Virus record (IMG/VR): IMGVR_UViG_3300012662_000006
Span: 1 to 34,247 of that record
Origin: a virus
Direction: 5' to 3' (one strand)
DNA: 34,247 nt
Position numbers and translations under genes: made by a program. Shown here piece by piece: positions 24,292 through 33,137 of the stretch. The notes below the pieces were generated by a model. It was given only the letters and a program-made list of their open reading frames with translations. It did no database searches and was not told the origin of the DNA. Numbering within the stretch: position 1 is the first letter of the stretch; each line of letters opens with the position of its first letter.

Positions 24292-24681
24292 GTGAAATAT
24301 TTGTGTAAAGATTGGGTAACCTGTTCAAGGTGTGGCAAGATAGTTGAAAGAGGACATAATTGTCCATACAAAAATAAGATGTATCAAAAGAAGGATACTA
24401 ATGCTAATAAATTCAGAAATACTAAAGCATGGTTAAAGAAGAGTGTAGAGATAAGACAAAGAGATAAATATCTTTGTCAAGTATGCATTAATAATCTCTA
24501 TAATACAATCAATTGCTTTAATACTGAGAAGTTAGAAGTACATCATATAACTCCAATTGAAGAAGATTATAATAGAAGATTAGACAATGATAATCTTATA
24601 ACATTATGTAATATGCATCATAGAATGGCTGAGTTTGGTAAGATTCCTAGAGAGGTATTATATAATTTGATAAATAAGTAG
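24292..24681 (+). CDS. HNH endonuclease (packaging-associated)
   Basis: CxxC pairs and EVHHITPIEE...NDNLITLCNMHH. The start is GTG 24292 or TTG 24301 (SD GAGGTG at 24288-24293). Confidence 0.85.
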   Translation: MKYLCKDWVTCSRCGKIVERGHNCPYKNKMYQKKDTNANKFRNTKAWLKKSVEIRQRDKYLCQVCINNLYNTINCFNTEKLEVHHITPIEEDYNRRLDNDNLITLCNMHHRMAEFGKIPREVLYNLINK

Positions 24682-24754
24682 TCTATCAAGTATATCTTAT
24701 TTATGATCTTATATTTAATTAATTTTATTTAAAATATGGCTATATATCTTTAAT

Positions 24755-24835
24755 AAAATTGAGTACCCCCCTACAAAAAAATTGATTTTTAAATCTTCGC
24801 GAGAATACCCACACTAGCCCCACATTCACACAAAT
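24755..24835. other. Candidate cos region (GC-rich island in an AT-rich intergenic gap between HNH and TerS)
   Basis: GAGTACCCCCCTAC and CTTCGCGAGAATACCCACACTAGCCCCACATTCACAC. The HNH + P27-TerS + HK97-type head arrangement is typical of cos packaging. Confidence 0.45.
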
Positions 24836-24916
24836 AAAAAATTTACATAGTTTTTTTGGAAAATTCATTCGGTCACAACAAATATTCATATAAAAATGCA
24901 AGGAGTGATTTTATGT

Positions 24917-25270
24917 ATGGGAAAAAAGCAAAATTTTAATCAGCAAGCAAAAGAAATATTGAGAATTGCGGAAAAATACGGAGTTGAACAAAACTTCTTT
25001 TTTATTACAACTTTTAATAGATATTTAATTCAAATAAATATATTAGATCAATTAGAAAAGAAGATAAAAGAAGAAGGTACGTTAGTCACGAAGGAATATG
25101 TAAAGGGTAGAGGAAATTTATACACTAATCCTGCAATTACTGAATACAATAAAACTTCTACATCTGCAAATCAAACTGTTGCAACATTAATTAAAATAAT
25201 TAAATCAAAAAGTGATGGTGAAGAAGATGAAGGCGAAGATGAACTTTTACAAGCATTAGGAATTAAGTAA
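24917..25270 (+). CDS. terS: Terminase small subunit (P27 family)
   Basis: Motif FFFITTFNRYLIQINILDQLEKKIKEEG...GNLYTNPAITEYNK. SD AGGAG (24901-24905) favours ATG 24917 over 24896. Confidence 0.8.
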   Translation: MGKKQNFNQQAKEILRIAEKYGVEQNFFFITTFNRYLIQINILDQLEKKIKEEGTLVTKEYVKGRGNLYTNPAITEYNKTSTSANQTVATLIKIIKSKSDGEEDEGEDELLQALGIK

Positions 25271-26958
25271 TGAATAATAAAGCATATGATTATGCTAAAA
25301 AAAGTATTCATTTAAAGGAAGTTCCTAAATATGTAAAAAAACAATGTAGAGAGTTCATCAATATAGCAGATGGCAAAAGCGATAAGTATTATTTAGATGA
25401 AGATAAAATAAAACAAATAGAGAATGTTTTAAAATTATTAATAATGCCAAAAGGATTAAAAGCAGGTAAACCATTATACGAATGTACCTGTGATTATCAA
25501 TGGCTTTTGTATATTTCAATATTAGCGATTGTCCATAGAGATAATCCAAGTAAGAGAAAATATGAAACAGCTATATTAGAAATTGCAAGAAAGAATTTTA
25601 AAACATATACAATAGCAACATTATTTATTTTATTATTTTTTTTGGAGCCTAAATTCAGTAAATTTTACTCTGTTGCACCTGATGGATCTCTATCTCGTGA
25701 AGTTAAAACTGCAATTGAAGAGACATTAAAATCAAGTCCTTTAATTTATCTGCATAAAGAAGAGCCTAGATTTAAGATTTTAAGAGATTATATAACTTTT
25801 AAGTTAAAAGAAAGTAAATATTATCCATTAAATTATTCAAGCAGTAGAATGGATGGTAAACTTCCTAATGTTTTTCTCGCGGATGAGGTTGGTGCATTAC
25901 CAAACTCTTATGCAATTGAAGCTATGAGGTCAGGTCAATTAAATATCTTGAATAAATTAGGATGTATTATTTCAACTAAATATCCTACTATAAATAATCC
26001 ATTTGAAGATGAGGTTGCTTATGCTAAAAGAGTTTTAGATGGTCTTGAAGAAGATGAAACAATTTTTGCTTTATTATATGAGCCAGATAATCCAAAGAAT
26101 TGGACTAATGATGATCTTATATTGAAGCAAAGTAATCCTGTTGCCTTAGAAATACCCGAAATATGGGATGATCTTTTAAAGAAAAGAGCAAGAGCAATTG
26201 CGATTGAGAGTGCAAGAGAAAATTTCTTGACAAAGCATTGCAATATCATTTATCAAGGATCTACTGAATCATATATCGATATAAACGATTTGCAACAATG
26301 CAAGGTTAATCATATAGAATGGTCTGGGAGAGATGTTTACTTAGGTGTCGATTTAGCAATGTCAAACGATAACTGTGCGGTCGCAATGGTTGCGGAAGAA
26401 GATGGAAAGATATTAGTTGATGCAATAGCATTTATTCCTGAAGGAAGAATTGAAGAAAAAAGTCAATTTGAAAAAATTGATTATCGACAATTTATAAATG
26501 CTATGAAATGTATCGCATGCGGAAATAAAACAGTTGATTACGGTGTTATCGAAGATTTTGTTTTTCATATAGAAGAAAAATATAATGTTCACATAAAAGC
26601 ATTAGGATATGATAGATTCAATGCTTTAAGTTCAGCTCAAAAATGGGAAAATGGGGATAATGGAAAATATTCAGGAATTAATTGTATTCAAATTAGACAA
26701 CATTCAGATACATTACATTCACCAACAAAATTGATTTATGAAAAAATTGTTAATCATCAATTTGAATATGAAGAAAATAAATTATTAGAAATAAATTTTG
26801 CTAATGCAAGAGTTACGTACGATACTAACATGAATAAATATGTTCATAAGAAAAAAAGTAATGGAAAAGTTGATATGGTAATGGCTATATTAAATGCTAC
26901 TTACTTATTACAACAAGATATTATTTTTGAAGATGGATTTATTGTTCAAACATTTTAA
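25270..26958 (+). CDS. terL: Terminase large subunit
   Basis: Walker A-like ARKNFKT, Walker B VFLADEVGA, and a C-terminal nuclease region. TAATG coupling to TerS. Confidence 0.9.
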   Translation: MNNKAYDYAKKSIHLKEVPKYVKKQCREFINIADGKSDKYYLDEDKIKQIENVLKLLIMPKGLKAGKPLYECTCDYQWLLYISILAIVHRDNPSKRKYETAILEIARKNFKTYTIATLFILLFFLEPKFSKFYSVAPDGSLSREVKTAIEETLKSSPLIYLHKEEPRFKILRDYITFKLKESKYYPLNYSSSRMDGKLPNVFLADEVGALPNSYAIEAMRSGQLNILNKLGCIISTKYPTINNPFEDEVAYAKRVLDGLEEDETIFALLYEPDNPKNWTNDDLILKQSNPVALEIPEIWDDLLKKRARAIAIESARENFLTKHCNIIYQGSTESYIDINDLQQCKVNHIEWSGRDVYLGVDLAMSNDNCAVAMVAEEDGKILVDAIAFIPEGRIEEKSQFEKIDYRQFINAMKCIACGNKTVDYGVIEDFVFHIEEKYNVHIKALGYDRFNALSSAQKWENGDNGKYSGINCIQIRQHSDTLHSPTKLIYEKIVNHQFEYEENKLLEINFANARVTYDTNMNKYVHKKKSNGKVDMVMAILNATYLLQQDIIFEDGFIVQTF

Positions 26959-26977
26959 TGAGAAAGAAGGTGATATT

Positions 26978-28177
26978 ATGGGATTATTTGATAGATTTAA
27001 AAAAAGAGAAATAAATGATGATAGTTTTGATCCTTTATTAAAAGTAATAATTAATAATAACAAAATTGATAGACAAGATGCTTTAGAAATACCTGCTGTA
27101 TCTTCATGTGTTGAATTAATTTGTAATACTTTTGCTATGATTCCTTTTAAGCTTTATCAAGAAAGTAATGTTAATGGCAAAAAAGAAACTAAAGAAGTCT
27201 CTGAAGATAATAGAGTTAAATTAATAAATGATGATACGACTGATATGTTGGATGGTTTTCAATTTAAAAAAGCAATTTGTGAGGATTTCCTTTTAGGAAA
27301 AGGTGGCTATGCATACATTAAGAAAAATAAAAATCAATTTATTGGATTATTTTACGTAGAAAATAATTCTATATCTATTTTAAAAAATTCAGATCCAATA
27401 TTTAAAAACTTTGATATTTCAGTTAATGGTAAATCATATAAGAATTATCAATTTATAAAATTGCTTAGAAATACAAAAGATGGTGCTTCTGGAATTGGTT
27501 TAATCGATGAAATAAATAGAGCACTGAGAACTGCATTTAAAAGAATATGTTATGAATATGATTTGACAATTACAGGTGGCAGTCGAAAAGGCTTTATTAA
27601 GTCTTCAAAACGTTTGGGAACAGCTGAAATGGAAAATTTAAAAAAAGCTTGGGAAGATTACTATTCAGGTACTGCCAATACGGTTATTTTAAATGATGGA
27701 ATGGAGTTCCAAGAAGCAAGTAATAATTCAAATGAAAATCAATTAAATGAAAAAAATATTACTTTTAATGGAGAAATGAAAGATTTGTTTCATATCTCAG
27801 ATAATTACGACAAATTTATAAAAAATGCAATAATGCCAATCGCAACTGCATTTTGTACAGCCTTAAATAGAGATTTCTTACTGGAAACAGAAAAGAAGTC
27901 TTTTTATTTTGCTCCAGATACTAAAGAACTTTATAAAGGAAGTTTAAAAGAAAGGTATGAAGCATACCAAATTGCTATAAAAAATGGCTTTAAAACAAGA
28001 AATGAAATCAGATTTTTAGAAGATGATGATGCGATTGAAGGTTTAGACATGATTAGTTTGGGATTAGGCGATGTACTTTTAAATGCTGAAACAGGCGAAA
28101 TTTATACTCCTAATACCAATCAACTTATCAAAATGGGCGATCATGCCGAGAAAGGTGGTGTTGAAGATGAAAATTGA
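26978..28177 (+). CDS. Portal protein (HK97 family)
   Basis: ATG 26978 follows SD GAAGGTG. The ORF-track start at 26894 overlaps TerL. Motif: LEIPAVSSCVELICNTFAMIPFKLY. Confidence 0.85.
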   Translation: MGLFDRFKKREINDDSFDPLLKVIINNNKIDRQDALEIPAVSSCVELICNTFAMIPFKLYQESNVNGKKETKEVSEDNRVKLINDDTTDMLDGFQFKKAICEDFLLGKGGYAYIKKNKNQFIGLFYVENNSISILKNSDPIFKNFDISVNGKSYKNYQFIKLLRNTKDGASGIGLIDEINRALRTAFKRICYEYDLTITGGSRKGFIKSSKRLGTAEMENLKKAWEDYYSGTANTVILNDGMEFQEASNNSNENQLNEKNITFNGEMKDLFHISDNYDKFIKNAIMPIATAFCTALNRDFLLETEKKSFYFAPDTKELYKGSLKERYEAYQIAIKNGFKTRNEIRFLEDDDAIEGLDMISLGLGDVLLNAETGEIYTPNTNQLIKMGDHAEKGGVEDEN

Positions 28178-28937
28178 AGTTAGAGAAGACAGTGTTCTTA
28201 TTACTGGTTATGTAAATGCTGTTGAAAGATATTCTAAGCCTATTACTGAGGGGTTACATGGTAAGGTTAGAACTTTTATTGAAAGAATCAAGGCTGGAGT
28301 ATTTAAAACTGCTTTAAAAAGAAATGATGATGTCAAAGTTTTGCTAAATCACGATAAAACAAGAGAGTTAGCTACTACCAAAGATGGCACAGCGAAACTT
28401 GAAGAAGACAATATCGGATTAAAAGCAGAAGTAATTATAACAGATGAAGAAGTAGTCGAAAAGGCTAGAAATAATCAGTTAGTTGGTTGGTCTTTTGGAT
28501 TTTATGAAAACAGTGACGAAATGGGAACTGAAGGCGAAAGAGAGACAAGAACAATTACTGATTTGGATTTGATAGAAGTATCGATTTTAGATGATTCAAA
28601 AAGCCCTGCTTATTATGGCACAAGTATTGAAGCAAGAAGCGAAAGAATTATGGAATATAGACAAACCATTGAGGACATTGAAAAAGAAGCACAAGAAAAA
28701 CACAAATCTGTCGAAGAAAATTTAGATGCTGCTTTTGAAGAAAACTCAAAAGAACATTTGAAAATTGAGGCTGAAAAGAAAAATGCTGAAATGGAAATAT
28801 TTGCTGAAATGATTGCTACTAAAGTAGCTGAAAAATTAAAAGGTACTGGGGAAGAAAAGACAATACCTAATCCAGTTGAAGATAGAAATGAAAAGATAGA
28901 TCTTGCTTCATATGAAGAAAGATTATCAAAATTATAG
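28167..28937 (+). CDS. Prohead protease (HK97 family) with C-terminal Glu/Lys-rich helical extension
   Basis: MKIEVREDSVLITGYVNAVE...LLNHD. ATG 28167 overlaps the portal end. The last ~90 aa are coiled-coil-like. Confidence 0.8.
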   Translation: MKIEVREDSVLITGYVNAVERYSKPITEGLHGKVRTFIERIKAGVFKTALKRNDDVKVLLNHDKTRELATTKDGTAKLEEDNIGLKAEVIITDEEVVEKARNNQLVGWSFGFYENSDEMGTEGERETRTITDLDLIEVSILDDSKSPAYYGTSIEARSERIMEYRQTIEDIEKEAQEKHKSVEENLDAAFEENSKEHLKIEAEKKNAEMEIFAEMIATKVAEKLKGTGEEKTIPNPVEDRNEKIDLASYEERLSKL

Positions 28938-28986
28938 CCTGAACAATTGAATTGTTTAAATAAAGAAAAAGAAAGGAAAGATTAAT

Positions 28987-30174
28987 ATGAATTTAAAGGC
29001 TTTAGAAGAAAAAAGAAATGACTTAAAAACTCAGATGGGAGAAATGCTAGAAACTTCTAAAAAAGAAGAAAGAGCATTAACAACTGAGGAAGCATCAAAG
29101 TTTGATGAAATGGAAAAAGACATTAAAAACATTGATGCAACTATTGAAAGATATGAAAGGATGGAAAATATGGAACAAAAAGAAATTAAAGTAGAAAATA
29201 CTAGAGAATTAACTGCTGAAGAAAAAAGAATGTACACTTCAGTAGAAGAAAGAGAAGATTATAATTCATTTGCTGAATATATTAGATGTCAAGTAGAAAA
29301 AAGAGCGGATGCTTCAAACTTAACAAAAAGCGATAATGGGGCAGTTATTCCTAAAACAATTATTAATAAAATAATTGAGAAAGTAGAAGAAATTTCACCA
29401 GTTTACAAATTAGCTACTCATTATGATATTTCAGGTACTGCAAATATTCCAACTGAAGATACTAGTTCAGATAGTATAACTGTTGCTTATGCTACTGAAT
29501 TTACTGATTTAACATCACATAGCAATAAATTTGGTACTATTGAATTAACTGGTTATTTATATGGTGCACTAACTAAAATTAGTAAATCATTATTAAAAAA
29601 TAGTAACTTCCAATTAACTAATTGGGTAATTAATAAAATGAGCAAAAAAATTGCTAAATTCATTGAAGGAGAGTTATTAAATGGTACTACTAGTAAAGTA
29701 AGTGGTATTGCTGGTTCATACGATAGTACTAATATGAATAAAGCATTAGCAAGTAAATCAGCAGTAACTTCTGATGAACTAATTGATGTTCAAGAATTAG
29801 TTCCAGATGTATATCAAGCTGATGCAATTTGGGTAATGAATAAAGCAACTAGAACTGATATTAGAAAATTAAAAGATAGCGATAATAATTATCTATTAAA
29901 CAGAGATCTATCTGCTAAATGGGGTTATACATTATTAGGAAAAGACGTATATTGCTCTGATAATGTTGCAAAATTAGGAGCTGCATCTAAAAATGTTATT
30001 TTCTATGGTGATTTAAGTGGTTTAGCAGTAAAAGAAGGCGAAAAAACTGAAATTCAAATCTTAAATGAATTATTTGCTGCACAACATGCAATTGGAGTAG
30101 TTGCTTGGGGTGAAATTGATGCTAAGGTAGAAGATAAGCAAAAAATCGCAGTAGTTTCAACACCTGCTAACTAA
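28987..30174 (+). CDS. Major capsid protein (HK97 family) with N-terminal delta domain
   Basis: N-terminal coiled coil MNLKALEEKRNDLKTQM... followed by an HK97-type core (GALTKISKSLLKNS...AIWVMN...). Confidence 0.9.
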   Translation: MNLKALEEKRNDLKTQMGEMLETSKKEERALTTEEASKFDEMEKDIKNIDATIERYERMENMEQKEIKVENTRELTAEEKRMYTSVEEREDYNSFAEYIRCQVEKRADASNLTKSDNGAVIPKTIINKIIEKVEEISPVYKLATHYDISGTANIPTEDTSSDSITVAYATEFTDLTSHSNKFGTIELTGYLYGALTKISKSLLKNSNFQLTNWVINKMSKKIAKFIEGELLNGTTSKVSGIAGSYDSTNMNKALASKSAVTSDELIDVQELVPDVYQADAIWVMNKATRTDIRKLKDSDNNYLLNRDLSAKWGYTLLGKDVYCSDNVAKLGAASKNVIFYGDLSGLAVKEGEKTEIQILNELFAAQHAIGVVAWGEIDAKVEDKQKIAVVSTPAN

Positions 30175-30190
30175 CAGGAGGTGTTTTTAA

Positions 30191-30490
30191 ATGCAATATG
30201 AAGCAATAGAAGGTTTTTCAGGAATTATTTCAATGTATAAAGGCGAAGTTAGAGAAATTCCTAATGAAGATTTAGCTAAAGAATTAGTGAAGGCTGGTTT
30301 TATTAAAAAATACAAGCCAAATGATGCTAAAGAGTTAAAAATCTTGTTAGACGAAGCAAATTCAACAATAAAAGAGCTTGAAAAAACTATTGATGAATTA
30401 AATACTGAAATTGATTCTTTAAAATCTTCAAAAGAAGATCCAGAAGATACAAATGATTCTAATGAAGATTTGGAAGAAACTTCTGATTAA
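30191..30490 (+). CDS. Hypothetical head-module protein (99 aa, acidic C-terminus)
   Basis: SD AGGAGGTG. Coiled coil plus a DPEDTNDSNEDLEETSD tail. Confidence 0.7.
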   Translation: MQYEAIEGFSGIISMYKGEVREIPNEDLAKELVKAGFIKKYKPNDAKELKILLDEANSTIKELEKTIDELNTEIDSLKSSKEDPEDTNDSNEDLEETSD

Positions 30491-30555
30491 ACTTCTAACA
30501 ACGATAAATAAATTAATAATTGTTCAGGCAAACCTCATAGAAATGGAGGAATAAA

Positions 30556-30870
30556 ATGAAAGTAAGCGATATTACTGCTGAAGACATTGCTAATTATTTG
30601 AGATTATCAGAAATTAGTGGTGATGAAGAAAAAGAACTTAAAACTTATCTAACTGTTGCTAAAAATTATATTTCAAATTATACTGGCTTACCTATAAAAG
30701 CGGATGATGAAGAATCAGAATCTCTTGATAGTTATTCTGATTTTATTATTGTGGTTTATATTTTTTGTCAGGATATGTATGACAATAGATGTTTGTATGT
30801 TGATAATAAATCAATAAATAGAACAGTACAAACTATTTTGGATATGCATACAAGGAATAATATATGTTAA
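30556..30870 (+). CDS. Head-tail connector (gp6-like DNA-packaging/connector protein)
   Basis: ITAEDIANYLRLSE...ELKTYLTVAKNYISNYTG is typical of this family. The position fits. Confidence 0.7.
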   Translation: MKVSDITAEDIANYLRLSEISGDEEKELKTYLTVAKNYISNYTGLPIKADDEESESLDSYSDFIIVVYIFCQDMYDNRCLYVDNKSINRTVQTILDMHTRNNIC

Positions 30871-31190
30871 ATCCTGGCAAATATAATAAAAGAATTATCA
30901 TATATCAAGTAGTAAAACAAGAGGACGATGCAGGGTTTAAAGTACCAACAGAAAGCATTGTCCTTAATACTTTTGCTAGTGTAAAAACAACAAAAGGTTT
31001 TACATTGATCGCAAGTAATACTGACTTTGAAAAGGCTTATACTAATTTTACTATTAGATATCCTAAAGTAGAAATTACTAGAGATATGTTAATTAAGTAC
31101 AATGGTAAAGTTTATTCAATAGAATACTTAAATAATGTTGATGAAGAAAACATTGAATTAGAAATTCAGGCAAAGGTTGTTGTTAAGTAA
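30864..31190 (+). CDS. Head closure / head-tail adaptor protein (SPP1 gp16-like)
   Basis: The N-terminus MLNPGKYNKRIIIYQ and the size are typical. It overlaps the upstream gene. Confidence 0.7.
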   Translation: MLNPGKYNKRIIIYQVVKQEDDAGFKVPTESIVLNTFASVKTTKGFTLIASNTDFEKAYTNFTIRYPKVEITRDMLIKYNGKVYSIEYLNNVDEENIELEIQAKVVVK

Positions 31191-31624
31191 TGGCAAGATT
31201 TGATGATGAAAAACCTAATGAATTATTAAAGACTTTGGAAGAACTAGAAATTAATTGTGAAGATATATTTGGGAAAATGACTAGAGCAGGAGCAGAAGTA
31301 GTTTATAAAAATGTAAAATCAAATATGGCTAAATCATTTAAATCTACTAAAGCACTTGATAAAGGTTTAAAGATTACAAAGGTTTATAAAACTCCATCGG
31401 ACGATGGAATAAATGTCTATGTTGGATTTTATGGCTATGATCTTGATAGTAAACCAACTGAAAGGCATCCTAATGGTACTCCTATTCCATTAATAGCTAT
31501 GGCTAGAGAATATGGAACTAGTAGAGGAGAACAAAAGAAGCCTTTTTTAAGAAAGTCATTTAATAAATCTCAAATAGAACAAGAAATGTTAAAAGTTCAA
31601 AACAAATATATAAAAGGAGATTAG
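31190..31624 (+). CDS. HK97 gp10-family tail/neck component
   Basis: TAATG coupling. Motif GAEVVYKNVKSNM and position. Confidence 0.6.
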   Translation: MARFDDEKPNELLKTLEELEINCEDIFGKMTRAGAEVVYKNVKSNMAKSFKSTKALDKGLKITKVYKTPSDDGINVYVGFYGYDLDSKPTERHPNGTPIPLIAMAREYGTSRGEQKKPFLRKSFNKSQIEQEMLKVQNKYIKGD

Positions 31625-31629
31625 TTAAT

Positions 31630-31971
31630 ATGAATGAAGAATTAAAAACTATATTCAATGATTTTAAAGTTAAAAATGTAAGTATTCCAGTAGAACATTT
31701 AATATATATTGGAAATTCAAAAACATATGTAACATGGACTTTGTTAGAAGAAAGTCCAGCTTTATGTGGTAATGATGAAGTTTTATTTAGTGCATGTTCA
31801 GTTGATATAGATATATATAGTGATAGCAATTATTTAGATATTATGAATGAAGTTAAAAAAATAATGAAAAAAAACGAATGGTTATGGGTTGAAGATAGTG
31901 AAGAAATGTATGAAGAAGATACAGGCCTTTATCATAAAACTCTAACGTTTGAAAAGGAAAGGATGATTTAA
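31630..31971 (+). CDS. Putative tail completion / terminator protein (position-based)
   Basis: 113 aa, between the gp10-like gene and the major tail protein gene. Confidence 0.45.
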   Translation: MNEELKTIFNDFKVKNVSIPVEHLIYIGNSKTYVTWTLLEESPALCGNDEVLFSACSVDIDIYSDSNYLDIMNEVKKIMKKNEWLWVEDSEEMYEEDTGLYHKTLTFEKERMI

Positions 31972-31975
31972 TTAT

Positions 31976-32572
31976 ATGGCAAGAATAGGATTTAAAAAAG
32001 GAAAGTATAACAAGCATGATGCTACATCTAGTAAGTTTGCAGCATTAACTGGTAATAAAGTACCTGAATTAGAAAAGGTTGTTGATGAAAAATTCTCACC
32101 AGAATATAACAGTGCAGAACTTTATGGAAATGATTCATTAGCAGAAAGTGATAATAGTTTTAAAAAAGGAACTTTAACACTAACATTAGTTGATGATAAT
32201 GATGAAAAAGATGCTGATTTATTAGGTAATACTATTTCTTCAGAGACTTCTAATAAAGGCGAAGTAACAATGAAGGTTGATGATAATGCTCCATATATTG
32301 GTTATGGACATATTATTCCAAAAATTGTTGCTAATGTAAGAAAATATAAAGTTGAATTTTTCCCAAGAGTTAAAGTTAATAAAATAACTCACGATGCTAA
32401 GACTAGAGGAGAAAGTGTAGAATTTACTACTGTAACTTTAGAGGCTACTGTATATCCATTAGATAAAGAATTTAACGGATTAACAGAAGGAACATGGGAA
32501 AAACATAAAACATTTAGTAGTTTATCTGATGCAGAAACTTATCTTGATTCTTTATTAACTCCAAAAGCATAG
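31976..32572 (+). CDS. Major tail protein (phi13-type)
   Basis: MARIGFKKGKY...AELYGNDSLAES. Size and position upstream of the chaperone genes fit. Confidence 0.75.
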   Translation: MARIGFKKGKYNKHDATSSKFAALTGNKVPELEKVVDEKFSPEYNSAELYGNDSLAESDNSFKKGTLTLTLVDDNDEKDADLLGNTISSETSNKGEVTMKVDDNAPYIGYGHIIPKIVANVRKYKVEFFPRVKVNKITHDAKTRGESVEFTTVTLEATVYPLDKEFNGLTEGTWEKHKTFSSLSDAETYLDSLLTPKA

Positions 32573-32585
32573 AAGGAAATTCTTT

Positions 32586-32744
32586 ATGAAGGTTAAAGTA
32601 ATAAGTATATTTGTAGATAAAAATACAAATGAAAGATATGAACTTAATAAAGTTTTAGATAATATTTCTGAAGAAAGATATGAAGAAATAAAAGAATTTG
32701 TAAAGATTATAGAAAATACTAAAAAGAAAGTCACGGTGGAATAG
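32586..32744 (+). CDS. Small hypothetical ORF (52 aa), below ORF-track cutoff
   Basis: Translation: MKVKVISIFVDKNTNERYELNKVLDNISEERYEEIKEFVKIIENTKKKVTVE. The stop lies in the terminator stem. Confidence 0.5.
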   Translation: MKVKVISIFVDKNTNERYELNKVLDNISEERYEEIKEFVKIIENTKKKVTVE

Positions 32745-32760
32745 TTCCACCTCTTTTTTT
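32735..32760 (+). terminator. Intrinsic terminator between major tail and chaperone genes
   Basis: Stem GGTGGAA / TTCCACC with loop TAG, followed by TCTTTTTTT. Confidence 0.75.
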
Positions 32761-32780
32761 ATATAAAGGAGGAATTATTA

Positions 32781-33137
32781 ATGAAAGATAAAATTAATTA
32801 TTTTGAAGTAAATGGAACTAAATATCCCCTATGTTGTAATTTAAATGTTCTTGAAGCAATTCAGGAAAAATATGGATCAATGACTGCTTGGGGAGAAATA
32901 GTTGAAAACAAGGCTGGAAAAGAGCCAAAAATTAAAGATTTAAAATATGGCTTTATGGTAATGATTAATGAAGCAATAGATATTGAAAATGATAATTTAG
33001 AGGAAAAGAGACAATTACTTACTGAAAAAGAAGTAGGAAGATTACTTACTGAACTTGGTATTGCGGAAGCAACTAAAAAGATAGAAGAGTTATCAATCAG
33101 TTCTAATTCAACTGGAGAAGAGTCAAAAAACATGTAA
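32781..33137 (+). CDS. Tail assembly chaperone (G-like, zero-frame product)
   Basis: SD AGGAGG. MKDKINYFEVNGTKYPLCCNLNVLEAIQEKYGS is typical. It lies directly before the tape measure gene. Confidence 0.8.
   Translation: MKDKINYFEVNGTKYPLCCNLNVLEAIQEKYGSMTAWGEIVENKAGKEPKIKDLKYGFMVMINEAIDIENDNLEEKRQLLTEKEVGRLLTELGIAEATKKIEELSISSNSTGEESKNM

Noticed and set aside
26894-26977. Long N-terminal extensions in the ORF track (portal 26894, protease 28083, lipoprotein 21105, 20944, 20323, 17856, 18970, 17160, 15826, 7836, 24896)
   Set aside because: In each case an internal ATG/GTG preceded by a good SD gives the expected N-terminus (for example MGLFDRF for portal, MKIEVRED for protease, MKNKIIVL signal peptide). 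That choice also removes an implausible overlap with the upstream gene.
28937-30529. A 12-bp perfect inverted repeat, GCCTGAACAATT (28937-28948) and AATTGTTCAGGC (30518-30529), flanking the capsid gene and the 99-aa gene
   Set aside because: Both copies are intergenic, which is suggestive of mRNA processing or stability or an invertible segment. However, a single 12-mer inverted match is roughly what chance allows in 34 kb of biased composition. Nothing else supports inversion, because the genes inside would end up on the wrong strand. It is worth only a quick look in relatives.
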